Shown one piece after another: positions 39,245-52,600 of a stretch of 64,000 nt of DNA. The stretch is from positions 17,856,001 through 17,920,000 of the forward strand of contig CATNEN010000038.1 in the NCBI GenBank assembly GCA_950097015.1, written 5' to 3'. The number at the start of each line of letters is the position of its first letter. Positions within the stretch are counted from its first letter, which is position 1. This stretch comes from Macrostomum hystrix. Lineage: Eukaryota; Animalia; Platyhelminthes. Position numbers and translations under genes: made by a program. The notes beneath the pieces are model-generated. The model was not told where the DNA came from and searched no databases. It saw only the letters and a list, made by a program, of their open reading frames with translations.

Positions 39245-41928
39245 TTAATAAACAAAGCTACGCAAAAGCTGTGTAACTTTAGCACAACCCTCCGTAGCTA
39301 TAGTCGGCCTAACGCTTGACGACAACGTCGGTGAGGTCAACGATGACGGCGATTGCTGGGCGCGGCGCAGGACGACGCGTCTAACCGGACTGCCTAGCAG
39401 AACGCTGCGACACCAGGCCTCAGTAACCTGGCTGTTGCGCCACGGGCACCAAAGCCAATGCAGGTTGTGAGGCTCCAGCTTGGCGGTAAAGACGGCCGCC
39501 TCATCGGACGGTGATTGGCGGGCTCGCTTTGTTGGCGGCTCGGCCGGTAAATCAGCTGATTGGCTAATGGTGGAATCCGTGGCGCAATCTAATTGGCTAG
39601 GTATCTGTCGGTCGGTGGGCTCCGATTGGTTCTCAACTGAACTTTCTGGATGATTGGCGGAACCTGTGGCGCAATCTGATCGGCTGTGTATCTGCCGGTC
39701 GTTGGGCTCTGATTGGTTCCTAACCAAACTCTCTAATTGGTCAGGAGAGCCATTAGCCGGAGTTTCCGATTGGTCCGGACGATTTTTAGCTGCACTATAT
39801 GATTGGTTGGCAGCATTGTCACATTCTTCAACACAACTATTCTTGGAGGCGTCAAGCAGACTGGCGCCAAGGTCGCCATCCGAGTTGGATTCGCCGTCAG
39901 TGGCAGCCAGTCGTCGACGCTCCTGACGTTGGGCCAGCCGACTCAGATTCCACAGACCAAGCCTACGCTGACAGAAGCGGCAGCAGAGAATACCTTTTCC
40001 ATCTTTGCCTTCAGTCGATGCAGCTGGTAGAGTCCATCCTGTGACTGCCAGCTGGTAAGAGAGACGCCGTTTTAGCCGCATTTGTGAATCAGTTACGAAA
40101 TCAGCTGTAGCAGCAGGAGCAGTGGCATCGATGATGGCAAGGAACTCTTGCGCTAGCTGCGGGCACTGTGTTGCAGTACATTAAAAATGTTTTTAAGCCA
40201 TGAACGAACATGCCTAAATAACTGAAGGTAGCTAACATTTTGAAAGACTTAAGTTAAACTGCCTGTAGGCCTGAAATTAGCAGCCTCAAGTACTCAAATG
40301 TTCAATCTGAAGGATTTCAAGTAATGTTCCGATGGACAGGGAGTAGCTACTAAAAGTAGTAATCTGAAGAAAGCAGTTAAGAGGAATTCAATGATTGAGA
40401 CTGGAAGAAGAACATACAGGCAGCTAGCTGTACAAGTGGTTTTGTATAGCATTTGTGTTTTAATCAAAGCTTAAATACTCACAGCAATGTCCAGTTCCAA
40501 TTGTTCGTCAATCTGGGTCACAGCGCCACAGAGTCCATCAGCAATGCTAGCTAGAACACTGAGATCTGCAGCTGGGTTGTTAAACTTTAAAACTGGCAAA
40601 CTTTCTGAAAAAAAATTAACAAAATTATCTATGTGCTAGAAGTTTAGATAGAACATTAAACACAATTATTTTACCCAAAAAAACTTACCAACAGCAGGAA
40701 AAAGTTTCCAAGGGCAGAGGTTGTCATGGTTTGATGATAATTTTTCAACAGTTTCACTGATAAAGTGATTATCTAAAGTAAAAATTTTTTTTTAATAATT
40801 AGACTAATGTTAAAAAGTGTGGGAGTGAACATTAAGTTGTGCATTTCAAAGAATGCAAAACTAAATACTCACTCAGTGCAGGACTTGCTGGCAGTTTGAT
40901 GCACAGGTAATTCTTACAGGTGACACAGGTCAGCAGGTCTGGCTGCTTGCCAATCCAACCATACTGGGCACACACAAGTGGCGACACTTCAATTGGCTTC
41001 ACTGACCAGGATAAATTCTATAAAATATGTTTATAAGGAATGTCTAATAATAGCTATCATAATAGAACACAATTTGAAGCCAAGAGTTGCTTTAGAAAAT
41101 AACAAGGACTTACAGAAAATGTTTTCAGTCTGGCCAACAAGCCAGCCAGAGTTCTTTCCTTAATTAATCCACTGCCAGACATTGTGGGCAATGAGTCAGA
41201 CACAATCCTATAATTTATTATAAAATAAGTAGGATCAATTATATAAGCCAACCAAAAAGTTAACAATTGATTTTTTATATAAGTTATAAAAGTTATTGTT
41301 ACATATAAGTTATATAAGTTTTTGGTTTATAAAAGCTAACAATTTCACAATCATTTAGAAATCTGTTTATTTTGTTTGATTTAACTGTTAAGTGCTGACT
41401 ATTCTATGGCTCTCAATTCTTTTAAATAGCCTTGGTACTAGTTGCTGACTGCATAATGATAGTATCTTAACAATTTAAGCAGTGTAGTGGGATGGAAAGC
41501 AGCTGCATCTCTAGCTGTGCCACTGTCAACAAATCAATATTGTTTCGAAAAGAAACTCAAATTTTTATATTAACATGAAAATATTGTTTTAGAAATTAAT
41601 GTCTTTGTTTTGATAATTTATCCAATTATTTATTTGCTAATGGAGTACATGACACAGACTACAAATTTTAAAGAACAGTTCTCCTAAAGGTATGCTAATT
41701 CCTATAGTACAAGTATGAATATGCCTAGGCCTATTGCAAATTTGCAATATTATATTAAAATAACTTGCTATACTTGCATAATAACACAAATATCACACAA
41801 ATAGCTACTTACAAATGCAACTCGTTGTCTTCTGAGTCATCAAAATCATCAATGGCATTTTTAAATGAAAGAATAGTAGATAGAACTACATCATCTTTAA
41901 CAATGGTATGAGAATCAGAAAAAGACAT
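39245..41928 (-). CDS. ZC3HC1: ZC3HC1/NIPA (C3HC zinc finger, Rsm1/Pml39-like), about 493 aa; exons 41928-41813, 41207-41114, 41017-40873, 40772-40689, 40604-40483, 40165-39245
   Basis: RLKTFS|NLSWSVKPIEVSPLVCAQYGW...CVTC...HDNLCPW, and a second module LAVTGW...CRFCQRRLGLW...HWLWCPW. Spliced frame is 1482 nt. Confidence 0.9.
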
Positions 41929-42889
41929 GTTATATTTATTGAACTAAATGAGCTAACTTATAACAGTAATGGCTGGACCTTACTAGGTTTGATACTATTG
42001 CCAATACTTCAAACAAATTGTTTCGATTGATCACAGATTTTTGGTCTGACTGAGATAAACACGTTGGAAAAATAGGTTGCAGGGCAGGCCTTGTCGGTCC
42101 TTTTCAAGTATGTTAGGAAAAATACAAGGATTTTTTGAACGACCTGAATTAGCGACTCAGTGATAGCTTGAATTTATTTTTAGCAAATCTGCAAAAGCAC
42201 AGTTATCTAGCTACTTACTACACTGGATCATGAGTCAATTAATGAAAGAGCCGCAGCAATGTGTGGCTGCCTCGTTTAAACGTTTTCTTACAAAAAAACA
42301 TAAGAGGTTATAGTTCTCATTTTATAAAATTTATTTCGGTTTATAGATTTATAGATTATAGCTAATTTTTATCGATTTTTTAGCTCAGTATGTCTTGCCA
42401 GTTAAATGGCCTGCCAGTAAATTTAGCTGTTGTTTAAACATACATTTCACCGAACTAGCTACACATTTAAATTCCCCCCTAAGCTGATTGCGATTGGTAG
42501 ACGGCGGCATTTGATACACGCTTCGATCGTTAGCATCTTATTCGTTCGCTTGCTGATACTGATAGGTGGAATTCATGTGAGTGTTTTCGATTTTATTTTA
42601 ATTTGGTAGACAACGGCTTCATTCATAGGGGTCTACTCGAAGAGATACAGTTTATCCTATCTTACCACTATTGATTTTTTAAAATTAATTAATACCACTA
42701 TAGTCTACTCTATAGTGACTATACTATCGGATACAGGGGCCTACACCGAGTTATTTTAAAGTAGCAGCAGTAAGTGCCTACCTATGATACCTATCTACCT
42801 ACTTACTTACAATACCTATCTACCTACGAATGTACCTAAACTGAGGATGCAATTTGCTAGTTTCTTTCTAGTTTCTACCATAGGGCCTA

Positions 42890-44229
42890 CCATAGTGTGG
42901 ATCATGTAAAGTGCACGCGAGAAACGACCCAAAACTAATCCCCAAAAGCACGCCAGTGGCAAGAAAATGCATGCCGATGCACGCTAACTGTGGAAACCAA
43001 ACCATAACTAGGGCTACTAACTACAGGTAGGCCTAACTTTTCTTAATGTCACTTATGCCTTTATGCTGGCTAATTAAGTTAATACATAAATTTATTGTGT
43101 AATATGTCAAAGTTAAAAAAAAAAATTGAAACATATTTTTAATTGCAACAAAACAAGACAGTAAAACAAAACAAAAAAGTAAACAAGAAATTATATATCT
43201 TTAAAAATGTGTATTTCTCAATAATGTATTTATTTATTAACAATTAAAAAACTATTTTTTGCTGCATAGCAATGCATTGGCAGCATTGCCATGCTAGGCA
43301 GGCACCAGGCATGCCAGTATAATTATGTACAAACCAACCATAGTCCAGATCATGCTGGCTGCACGCTCTAAAATAATTTTCTAGGCCATAATGCACGCTA
43401 AATAAAATGGTTTTGCACACCAAAATATTGCATTCAGAAAAAACAAGTGTCGAGCCTGTCAAAAGCTGCTGATGTACGGACAGCAGGAGAGCCCTTGCTT
43501 CCGCTTGTCCACGGCCTTGCTGACATCGCAGCGTGTTGCCCGCGCATCAACAAAAAATGGTGTACGATGTTAGCGCAGTTGCCTGTCAGTGTCACTGCTG
43601 TAGTAAAGCTGCGTGCACTCGTCTAGGAAGTGCTTACACGATTGGCTTCCTAAAGGACTTGGACTTGGACATAGATCATTTATGATATCAATATGATGTA
43701 TGTATGTATTTATGATTAAATAGAAATGATAGAAAAAAATTTAAACTCTTGTGCAATTTGAAACATTATCTTCTGACTACTGCCACTAAAAACTTTTAAA
43801 AGTTATTTAACTAAAATTTTTAGTGTTAACCAAAGGATATGTAAAAAAGTAACGCAAAGAATGTTGTTTGTTTAAGTTGATTACGGAGTCTATGAAAGCG
43901 ACAATTAGAATGAAAAAAGTAAGTGTATGTGTATTTAAAGTCGGAAAATTTTTAAGAATTTTATTGATGCATGTATTATATGCCAATGCATGCCAACCAT
44001 GCACGCCAAATTTTAGTGTGTGTGCCATTGCACGCCAACTATGCATGCCAACTTTGGTGTGCAAAGCAAATGCACACCCAAATTTTCGGGCATATACTAC
44101 ATGATCTGGACTATGGCAAACCAATGTTTGTACATTATATCCCACTTACCTATTTGCATGCCACTGCATGCCACTTTTGAAAATGCATGGGGGAAAATTC
44201 TTGCGTGCACTGCATGATCTGCACTATGG
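42890..44229. mobile_element. Non-autonomous DNA transposon (outer element), TIR CCATAGTG(TG/CA)GATCATG..AGTGCACGC, 3-bp TSD CTA
   Basis: Inverted termini at 42890 and 44229, each flanked by CTA. Confidence 0.75.
43338..44116. mobile_element. Related element nested inside the outer one; perfect 17-bp TIR CCATAGTCCAGATCATG, 3-bp TSD CAA
   Basis: caa|CCATAGTCCAGATCATG ... CATGATCTGGACTATGG|caa. Confidence 0.8.
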
Positions 44230-44740
44230 CTACCATAAAACCAAGTGCTTAAAATTGGTTGTAAAATAAGAGCTACTACTACTAAGTCTACTACTAATAT
44301 AAAAAATACTATTCCATATAAGCATCAATAGTGACTAACATCATATGGAAAACTATCATATTGCCACTTGATCCTGATATGAGAAAGTAAGTTCTTTGAA
44401 AATACTTTTAGAAATTAATGTCATTAATTATATTGTCTGCTGGCTACTACTAGAGCTATGTAGGTGCAATGCAGGACCTAATACCCCAATTCTATTTTTG
44501 GCCAATTTATCTAGTTAGTCCAGATAAAGTATTAATATTTTTGTATAGCCCTTTTTCATCATACAGAATGTTAGGTTCTAAACTGGTGATCTCAGTTAGA
44601 TTGATTTGATGGTAAAATGTATGGAACATTTTGGTATTTTACTTTGTGACAAAAGCAACAATTCCAAGATAAAGAATGATAATGAAGATTAAAGATTGGT
44701 AGCAATTTAAGATGCTTAAGTTATGCTAAAAAGTAAATAC

Positions 44741-45798
44741 CAGGGTTGCCAGGCATTTCAGTCCCTGATCTTTTCAGTGCCTTGCTTTTTGGTGACTGGT
44801 CTTGCTTTTTGCTACCAATTTGCTACATTTTGGTCCCCATGTATACAAGACATGATAAAACACAAAACTTGACTAGAGACCCTTCAATGCATGTGTGTAA
44901 ATAATACGTAAACAAAATTAAAACAATAATAAATTATTTATGAATGAAGCTTTGTTATATTTATCAAAGCAACATATTTTGAAATTTATATTATAAGAAC
45001 AGCATTGGATCTGCTTCTAATAAAAAATTATCATTATTTTAGTGTGGAAAAAGTGAAAACTTCCTAGGTCTATCTCGCTAGTGCATTTTTTGTATAAAAA
45101 TCTGCCATTAATAAACTTTCCATGAACCAAAGTGTCCCATCCTTCTATTAGTGATCCTTGGTTAAATCCTGCCTGGCATCATGTGGCTGATAAGATGTTT
45201 TGGATAACTTGTGAGCTCTATATTTTGATTCAGAAATATGCTAAATTTCATGTACATATACATGCATTTCCATACACATTCATAACACAACATCATACAT
45301 GCGCAACCTCCCAAATCTTAGCAAATCTTGCAACTTAGTTCATTTCATTGCTCTATTTACGACTTAGTTTGCTCTCATTTGCTCTCTTTTTCTCTCTCCT
45401 TTTTCCTTTTCTTCATGCCTTCCTTTTTTGTCCCTTGGTCCCCCCTTTGTTTTTATTTGCACTTGGTTGATTGGTTTTTGCAACTTACCTTGCTTGGCCC
45501 TCGTTTCATTTGGCCGGGTGTTGCGCATGTATGACACAACATGTACATGTACATATACATTCAAAGCTTGCTACTGTATTAGTAGTACAATTGGAATTTT
45601 AATGGTTGCAAGTTATGAGCAATTACAACGAAAATGGTTTGTTGCATTAAAAAAATGGAGAGACACTGCTTATAATACTTTGTAATATTATATAATGTCT
45701 TATACTTGATGTATTTGTGGGAACTAAAATGCATTAAAAAGGTACTGAAAAGCAAAACCAGGCATAAAAAAGCCTGGCACCGAAATGCCTGGCAACTG
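44741..45798. mobile_element. Probable old hAT-like MITE with GTTGCCAGGCATTTC inverted termini
   Basis: CAGGGTTGCCAGGCATTTC at 44741 versus GAAATGCCTGGCAACTG at 45782-45798; subterminal CTTTTCAGT/ACTGAAAAG. TSD not clear. Confidence 0.55.
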
Positions 45799-46952
45799 TA
45801 CCTGTTAAACAGTCACATTGTTTAATTTTAGCTACTTTATAACCAATCCCTAAAATGTATGAAAATATTACCCTGTACCTAGTTTTCTGAATTTGTTTCC
45901 CATATAGCCCTGGCTGTGATAGCCTAAGGCTATAGTTTCACCATGATATTTGAACTTTGCAAATTGCTAGCTAGAATATTTTGGCATGTACCCATGTATA
46001 ATAGAATTTCCTTTTTACTTCTGGTGCAACAGTATGTATTGGCATGGAGGCTATAAATACAATATGCCTTATATTTATAGTCTTCTTTCTCTCGTCTTCA
46101 TTTAAACAACTGCATATTGAAACAAAATATGTCACGTGCATCTAAAAAAATTTGTGCAATTTTAACAGAATATTCGGGCATTTAAACAACTTCACATGAG
46201 TTTTCTTAGAAGGAGATCAACCTTATTTTGCATCAAAATTATTTTCTGGCATCCTTACTGACTAGAGCATTGTTTAGCTGCGGGATATCCACAACAGGCC
46301 TGTCATTAAGGTTAACAGAAATGGATATCATTTAGTCAGAAAATGTACCTTAAGTTAGATAAAGCTTAGGTTAAGTTAAGCTTAAGTGTATACTGTGTTT
46401 CACCCATTGCCATTCAAACAAAGTGAGCTTAAACTTGTATAAGCAGTGACCATAATGACAACCTTTATTGGCTTCTGGCTGATCTTTTTTTGGAAAGCTG
46501 GGTATTTGCATAAATAGTTCAGGGTCGCAAATCTCTTTTTTTGTTTATTTGCTATCGACTTTCTGGGTTACTTGACTGTGAATGTTGCTGTATAGATAAG
46601 TAACTTTGACTGCTTATAAATATGGGCATTGTCAATTTTAGTGCTAATGGTTTATCTATCTGGTTTAGCTAATGGTGACAAAAAGTCCCCTAAAATATTG
46701 ATCAACCTTTAAATGCAAGCGTTTGCATCTGCTTACCTGACTACTTTAAAGTAGACTGTATAAGTCATAAGGTTCACTAACAAGAAATAGAACCTATATA
46801 TACTCGTATATTCGGAAAATTGACTGTGGTGGTTAACAATTGCATATTGAGCTGTTTTAGTGGCACAGTTCAATGTGTTTTACACTGCTGCAACTGCCTC
46901 CTAACTGAGTTAGTTTTAGTGCCCGCCTATAATAATTATAATTGACTACACC

Positions 46953-47229
46953 TGTCCCAATTGGGTCAGATGTGCAGCCGACAGCACAGCCGCAGCTATT
47001 GCGCTGCGCATCTGAAGGCTGCGTACGGCTGTTCAGTCCATGGACTGGGGGGACGCCACACCTACCCTCAATTATCCCAGCTAATGCTGGTACCCATTTA
47101 ACGGCTGGGTGAACTGAAGCAATGCAGAGTTAAGTGTCTTGCTAAAGGACACAAATTGTTCCAGTGGAGTCGGGAATCGAACCCCCGACCTTCAAGTCGT
47201 GAGTCCGACGCTCTAACCACTAGGCTACA
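46953..47229 (-). mobile_element. Near full-length tRNA-derived SINE (family A) with a CORE-like central domain
   Basis: Minus strand: A box TAGCCTAGTGG, B box GGTTCGATTCC, then GTGTCCTTTAGCAAGACACTTAACTCTGCATTGCTTCAGTTCACCCAGCCGTTAAATGGG, which resembles the MIR/CORE consensus. Confidence 0.85.
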
Positions 47230-49078
47230 ACCTCTAGTGCCTGCCTAAATGAATTATTAAATGAAATACTATGTTAGTTTCATAATTGAATAACATTTTG
47301 CATCATTAACGTTATCCCACTTTTGTAAGAATTTCTTATTTTCCCTATATAGCCTAAACTATCGCTCCATTGGATTCTTTGTATGATATTTCAAGGGTTC
47401 AAAACATATTTTCAGTTAAATGGAATGGATACTTGTAACCAGTTTGTATAGTTTGCATTGGGATTACTTTCACTTAAAAGAGTCTCGTCCTTTTCTCAAA
47501 AGAATCCTTCGCATAATTCTTATTTCTCTCCCTTTATACTTCGTCCTTCTCGCTGTCTTAAGTATCTGAAGTGTAGTATGTCTTCTATTGTAGTCTAAAT
47601 TTTATACGAGGTAGCTGGTTGTCTTAGTGGGTTGTCTCTCGTAGCATTTCTGTTTGGTTGTGCTACTTTTTATTCTTGTACTTTTCTTTCTTTTGTTTGC
47701 TTATCCTGGTGTATCTAAAGTATCTATAATTCGTCGACAAATGCATTCAATAACCTTAAAAGTAAAGGCTAGCTTTTTCGCATATTTTGTTTATCGCCTC
47801 CTGAGTACCAAAATGTGCGATCTATGGGCTCATAATTATTTCCTATAGAAGACATATTTCGATATTTTCATAGTAAGCTCATTTAATAATTGAATAGACT
47901 TTTGAATCATCAATAAATGTTTGCTAATGCTGAACTGTCATACCTGTCTTGCTCACTCGTTTGTGAGCTGAGCTCTTTACACTCTTCGTTAATCACTTTT
48001 ATCAGCCGTGGGTTTCATCTTGCATTTGCCTAGTAGATTCATTAGCAAATTTCTCTTTAAAAGACAAATACTGTTGGCTGTAGTGTAGACAGTTCGTTTG
48101 CTGATCGACTTATTTGACTGGCGCTTCTGATATTAATGGGAGTTTTATGCTTAGTTCACAATGGCCAGTTAGTGTTTTTATATACGAGGGTTTATTCTAA
48201 TATGAAAGTAAATATGACACTCAGATTAGAGACCTTGAATAACGATCCTTCAGCGCTTCCTGTGCCAGTCAGTTAGTCACTAATCGTTAGGCTCACATTT
48301 CCATTAGTGCGACGCATTGTGGAATGCTGTGTGCGACCCTACTTGCTTAGTACTCATAATATTAGTACATCACAGTTTTTTAGTGATTTGGAATTTAGAA
48401 AAAAGGTAAAACGGAAACTTTTAGGATAAGTAGTCGGATACAAATTATTTTTAACTGCAGTGATTTGTGATAAAATTCAGCAAATAAATGTGATTAAATA
48501 TCAGGTGCGCTTACTCGTATATTTAGCAGTAGTAAATTTCAATAAATTCTTTTCTAGACGCGTAATCCTGGACTAAAAGCAAAAATTTGAATAAAAGTAA
48601 CTTTGAACACGTAAATGAAAATTTTGCGCGCAGTACAGAACAATAGTCTATTAGTTTTTATCTGATTGAGTTGGCGCTTCTAGATATGTGCTGCTTCAGT
48701 GAGTTTGAGTACAAAACCACAAGCATTTACACGTTTGCATTGTTGGAGAAAGAATAAAGGAAACAATGTATTAAGTGTTCTTTCCTAGCCATACAGAAAT
48801 TGACAGATCATTTCATATGTTATCAACAAGTGTAATTTTTCTATCGATCTGGGTTTTTGATCTATAGTTATTTGGCGAGACGATAAATGATGACTGCAAA
48901 GGCAAAATAATTCAGAATTGTGTAGATGTGCTTCAGCGCTATACTTGGCGTCGCAAAGGTTCAGGATGGCATTAGAAAATTAAGAAAGAAAACATATTTC
49001 CTAATTCATTATCGCCCTGACAAGTTTTTTTATAACTGGCAGAGCGTCAGCAGTGGGCAATATGAATTTTATACAAGC

Positions 49079-49654
49079 TTATACCAGACTGCGCTCATAA
49101 ATCTTACACTCGCAAAGCACATAGGGATCTATGGTTGTCTGACGACAGCGCAATAGCCTGTCACGCTCTCGTGTGGCCTCTCCAGTTGACCCTGGCACGC
49201 GCTTCTCTCGCATCTTGGCCCCAGTAGCGTAATAAATAAAACGCGGATCCGCTGGTCCAATAGGCGGCTGTTTTGCTGCACCTGGTCCCGGCCTTGCACT
49301 GGTTGCACTTATCAATGTTGCCGGCGCTGTGCACTCCGCCTGGCCGAAGCACAATAGTTTAAGACAGTTGCAAGCTGTGCCATCTGCGCTAGCGCAGTCT
49401 GTAAGTACACGATAAACTGGTCGTTTCAAATGTTCCACCACTTGCACCTCGTCGTAGTCTGCAAAGTTAAGAGGCCTAGTTGCAGCAGCTTCCACTGCTG
49501 CCGCCTGCCTGTCGACGTTTGTTGCGGATCGTTTCTCTTTAACGCCAAACTTGCGCTGCAAACGCTTTGCATCAGATGGGTCCAGCTTGCCTGTGCCGCT
49601 CTCGTCGTCGCTTGTCATTTCTTCATCTAAAATGTCAAGGAAACATTTTTTCAT
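49079..49654 (-). CDS. Uncharacterised Cys-rich protein (about 191 aa; may be the terminal exon of a longer gene)
   Basis: Non-repetitive, GC-elevated open frame in AT-rich surroundings; possible acceptor TTTTAG| near 49627. No family recognised with confidence. Confidence 0.55.
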   Translation of the reverse strand: MKKCFLDILDEEMTSDDESGTGKLDPSDAKRLQRKFGVKEKRSATNVDRQAAAVEAAATRPLNFADYDEVQVVEHLKRPVYRVLTDCASADGTACNCLKLLCFGQAECTAPATLISATSARPGPGAAKQPPIGPADPRFIYYATGAKMREKRVPGSTGEATRERDRLLRCRQTTIDPYVLCECKIYERSLV

Positions 49655-52600
49655 TGACAATTTTTTTAAAAAGTTACACTTATTCGTAAATCAGTTTTAC
49701 GAATCAGGGGTTCTTGATGTCCCAGTTGATGGCGGGTCCTTACGCAATTACTATTGAGGTTCTTAGTTTTCAAGATTGTCGCAACTTTAATTATTGAAAT
49801 ATTCTTGAGATACTTGGTACTTATGGACTATGTTGCTAAGTTTCCGTTTGAGTCGCAATTTGATTTGATTTGTTTTCTTTGATCCGCTTTGTGCCTATGG
49901 AAAATGCCTGCAGCCAAAGAAATGACATAAATATCATTATATCAATAAAATAATTGGGTGAATATTTTTGAGCCTCTTTTCTGGTTTCAAAAAAGTATTT
50001 TGGCTCGATTTCCTCGAACAATTCCCTCGAGCAAATGCATCTCTAATCTTTATTAATTCTATAGTTAGACGTTTTGGCGCCTTCGGCTCCACTGGGCGCC
50101 AGGGCTGACAAGCTTGGTCTGCAGGGACGGATTCACCGTTGTGCAGTCGGTCAGCGCCCGCGTTATAATTGCCGCTCAGTCACGCCCCTTACACGCGGGC
50201 TGCTTTCTGTCCACCGAATTACTTCCTTCACTTTTTTGTTTTTGTTTGACTCTAAATCCATTTTTAATTTCTAAAAAATATATTATATCATTTATTATTA
50301 TATATATGTATGCATATGTCCAAATGCTGTATCGCGATCTCAGGGTACTCATTTCTGTCCGGGACTAACCATAGATCACACCATAAGGTACATAGTTTAT
50401 CCAGTTGGAGGTGGGATTGAAAAACTGACTCATTTTGAGCTGAAAAGTAAATTAGAGCCAGAGACAGGAATTAACTAATGTCGACTCCCGGTTCCAAACC
50501 TTCTCTATCTTCCCTCCCAATCTCCCACCCCAAATTTGCCGCTACTAAGTCTGAGTCTGTCAATCCACATTGCAGGCACGCACACGCAGTGTGTGCCTCT
50601 AGGAGTAGGAAGACATATTGCCAAACGAGTGTTGGGCGCATAAATGAACTGCCGAGATAGACCCGCGTGCGGCCAGCACCCCTCAGTTAGGCTGATGAGG
50701 TGGATTGAGTTGTCCGCTTCTCATTTCGCCTTGCTTTCCAACGACCGCATGGGAAATGGAATGAAAATGAAAATAGAGGGCCGGCTGGCTGGGGCTCGGC
50801 GATCAGCAACGCTGGTTTCGGCGTCATTAACATGGAGCGCGGGTGGGCCAAGGGTGCACGGTGGACGATTGGAAATGGGGAAGTAGCACAGCAGAGCGGA
50901 ACACGAGCACGTAATGTGGCCTGTGTAATAGCTAGCTTGGTCGGCATGACTAGGGATCTAGAGCTTCGTTAGCTGGCTGGGTTCTCGAGCAAAGAAGGTC
51001 TCTTTTTGATTAGCCTCGTCTGCTCCCACTTTTTCTTGTCTCTTTCTCTCCTCGCTCCCGTTTTTTTGCCTCCTCCGACGCCGGATTGAACCCTATCTCT
51101 TTCTTTGTATCTTCTAGGCCTGCGCCGTGTTTGAGTCGTTTTAATTTAAGAAATTTAAAGAAGCTTTAGACTGTACTAAAAGACAGTAAGAGAATGGATG
51201 CTGGCAGAAGCCTACTAGTTTCTAATATAGCTAGATTTTGTATGTTGGTGTTACTAGCTCTCTGTCTTGATTAGGGGAAGCTTTTAGTCTTCTCCATCTA
51301 GTATTTCTGTCTCGACTAGATTGAGGTTAGAATGATGAGGTGGCTGCAAAGGAAACTGGCGGCCAAATTAGCATTGCTAGGTATCCGAGCACGCCTCTCC
51401 TGCTTTACGTGCCCCCCTGTCTCCTAATCCCCGTCTCAGTAAGTAACTCAGTAAGTAACTTTCGCATTCCCCTTCACTTCACTTCACCACGCTGACAATC
51501 TTTTCCCGGGGGCTGTTTCTCTTCTCGATTTTTTCTTACTACCTCGCTTCACCTTTCACTATTAGTTTTTGACTCAGTCTACAAATTCCTGCACAAATGC
51601 ATGTCGTGCGCTGTCAGATTTTTAACCCATTCTGAATTCACCTTTGATATGAAAGGTGCACGCCCAGAATGTTAGTCTATTCCTGTGTCTTTCTATCTAT
51701 CTGGTTTAGCGCTCTCGCGGATTCCTGCACTTATCCATGGTTCCTTTCAAAATCAAAAGCAGTTGAAGTATTAGTTGTCTAAATATTTCATATCGGGTGC
51801 TGCATTTTTTAGTCGGATTGTCGGACTTGCATTTAATATTTTCTGTGTTCTGTACTATTTAAAAAGCTATCGAGATCTCGCGTTTTATGGCGTAGCTTAA
51901 ACAAATATATAATTCTATAAGTGCTTATTATCTCAATCTATTTTTAGTTTTATTTTCTTAAGTGTTAAACTTAACCCTGTTAGCAAAATTACATAGTTTA
52001 GCTTTCTTTTTACTGTAGTTTACTTGTCAAAGCTGCAGTAAAGCGATATTTTTTCAGTTTTAGACTAACATAAACTGTGGTTCAACTGCCTCGTTTTCTT
52101 TCATTTACTGATTTCCCAAGCGATAACAGAAGCTTGCAAAAGACGCAAAAAGGAAACTATAAATATTGATAGTTGGCTTTTGCCTTATCTTTCCTAGCAT
52201 GGCTTATCCTCCACTGAAAGCAAACAAGAAGCACCAGATGCTTATCCAAACTATAGGAAGTTAGATTTTAAAGTAAGTTTTGCTCTATATTTTTGGCTGA
52301 TGTAACAGAAGAATCCTCATGTTCAACGTTAATATCACAGCTTAAATAATTATACGATATAACGAGTCGGCAGATGGTGTGCTAGCTCGTAGTGAGTTAA
52401 GCGTAATCCGGTGTATTGCGAATTAAGGCAATATTCTGGCTGAATTGTCTCTTAATGCCGTGGAATGCTTTCAATCCTTTTTTATTTCTAGTTGCATTTA
52501 AGCGATACTATAACAAATTTTTAATTATAAAGCAAGACGATATACGTTAGCTAAAGCTAATTGCTATGTGATGCATTCAGGCAAACTATAGTTCGTCAAA

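Noticed and set aside
47155-47229. tRNA gene on the minus strand
   Set aside because: A and B boxes are present, but the sequence continues into a CORE-like body shared with other dispersed copies, so it is a SINE head.
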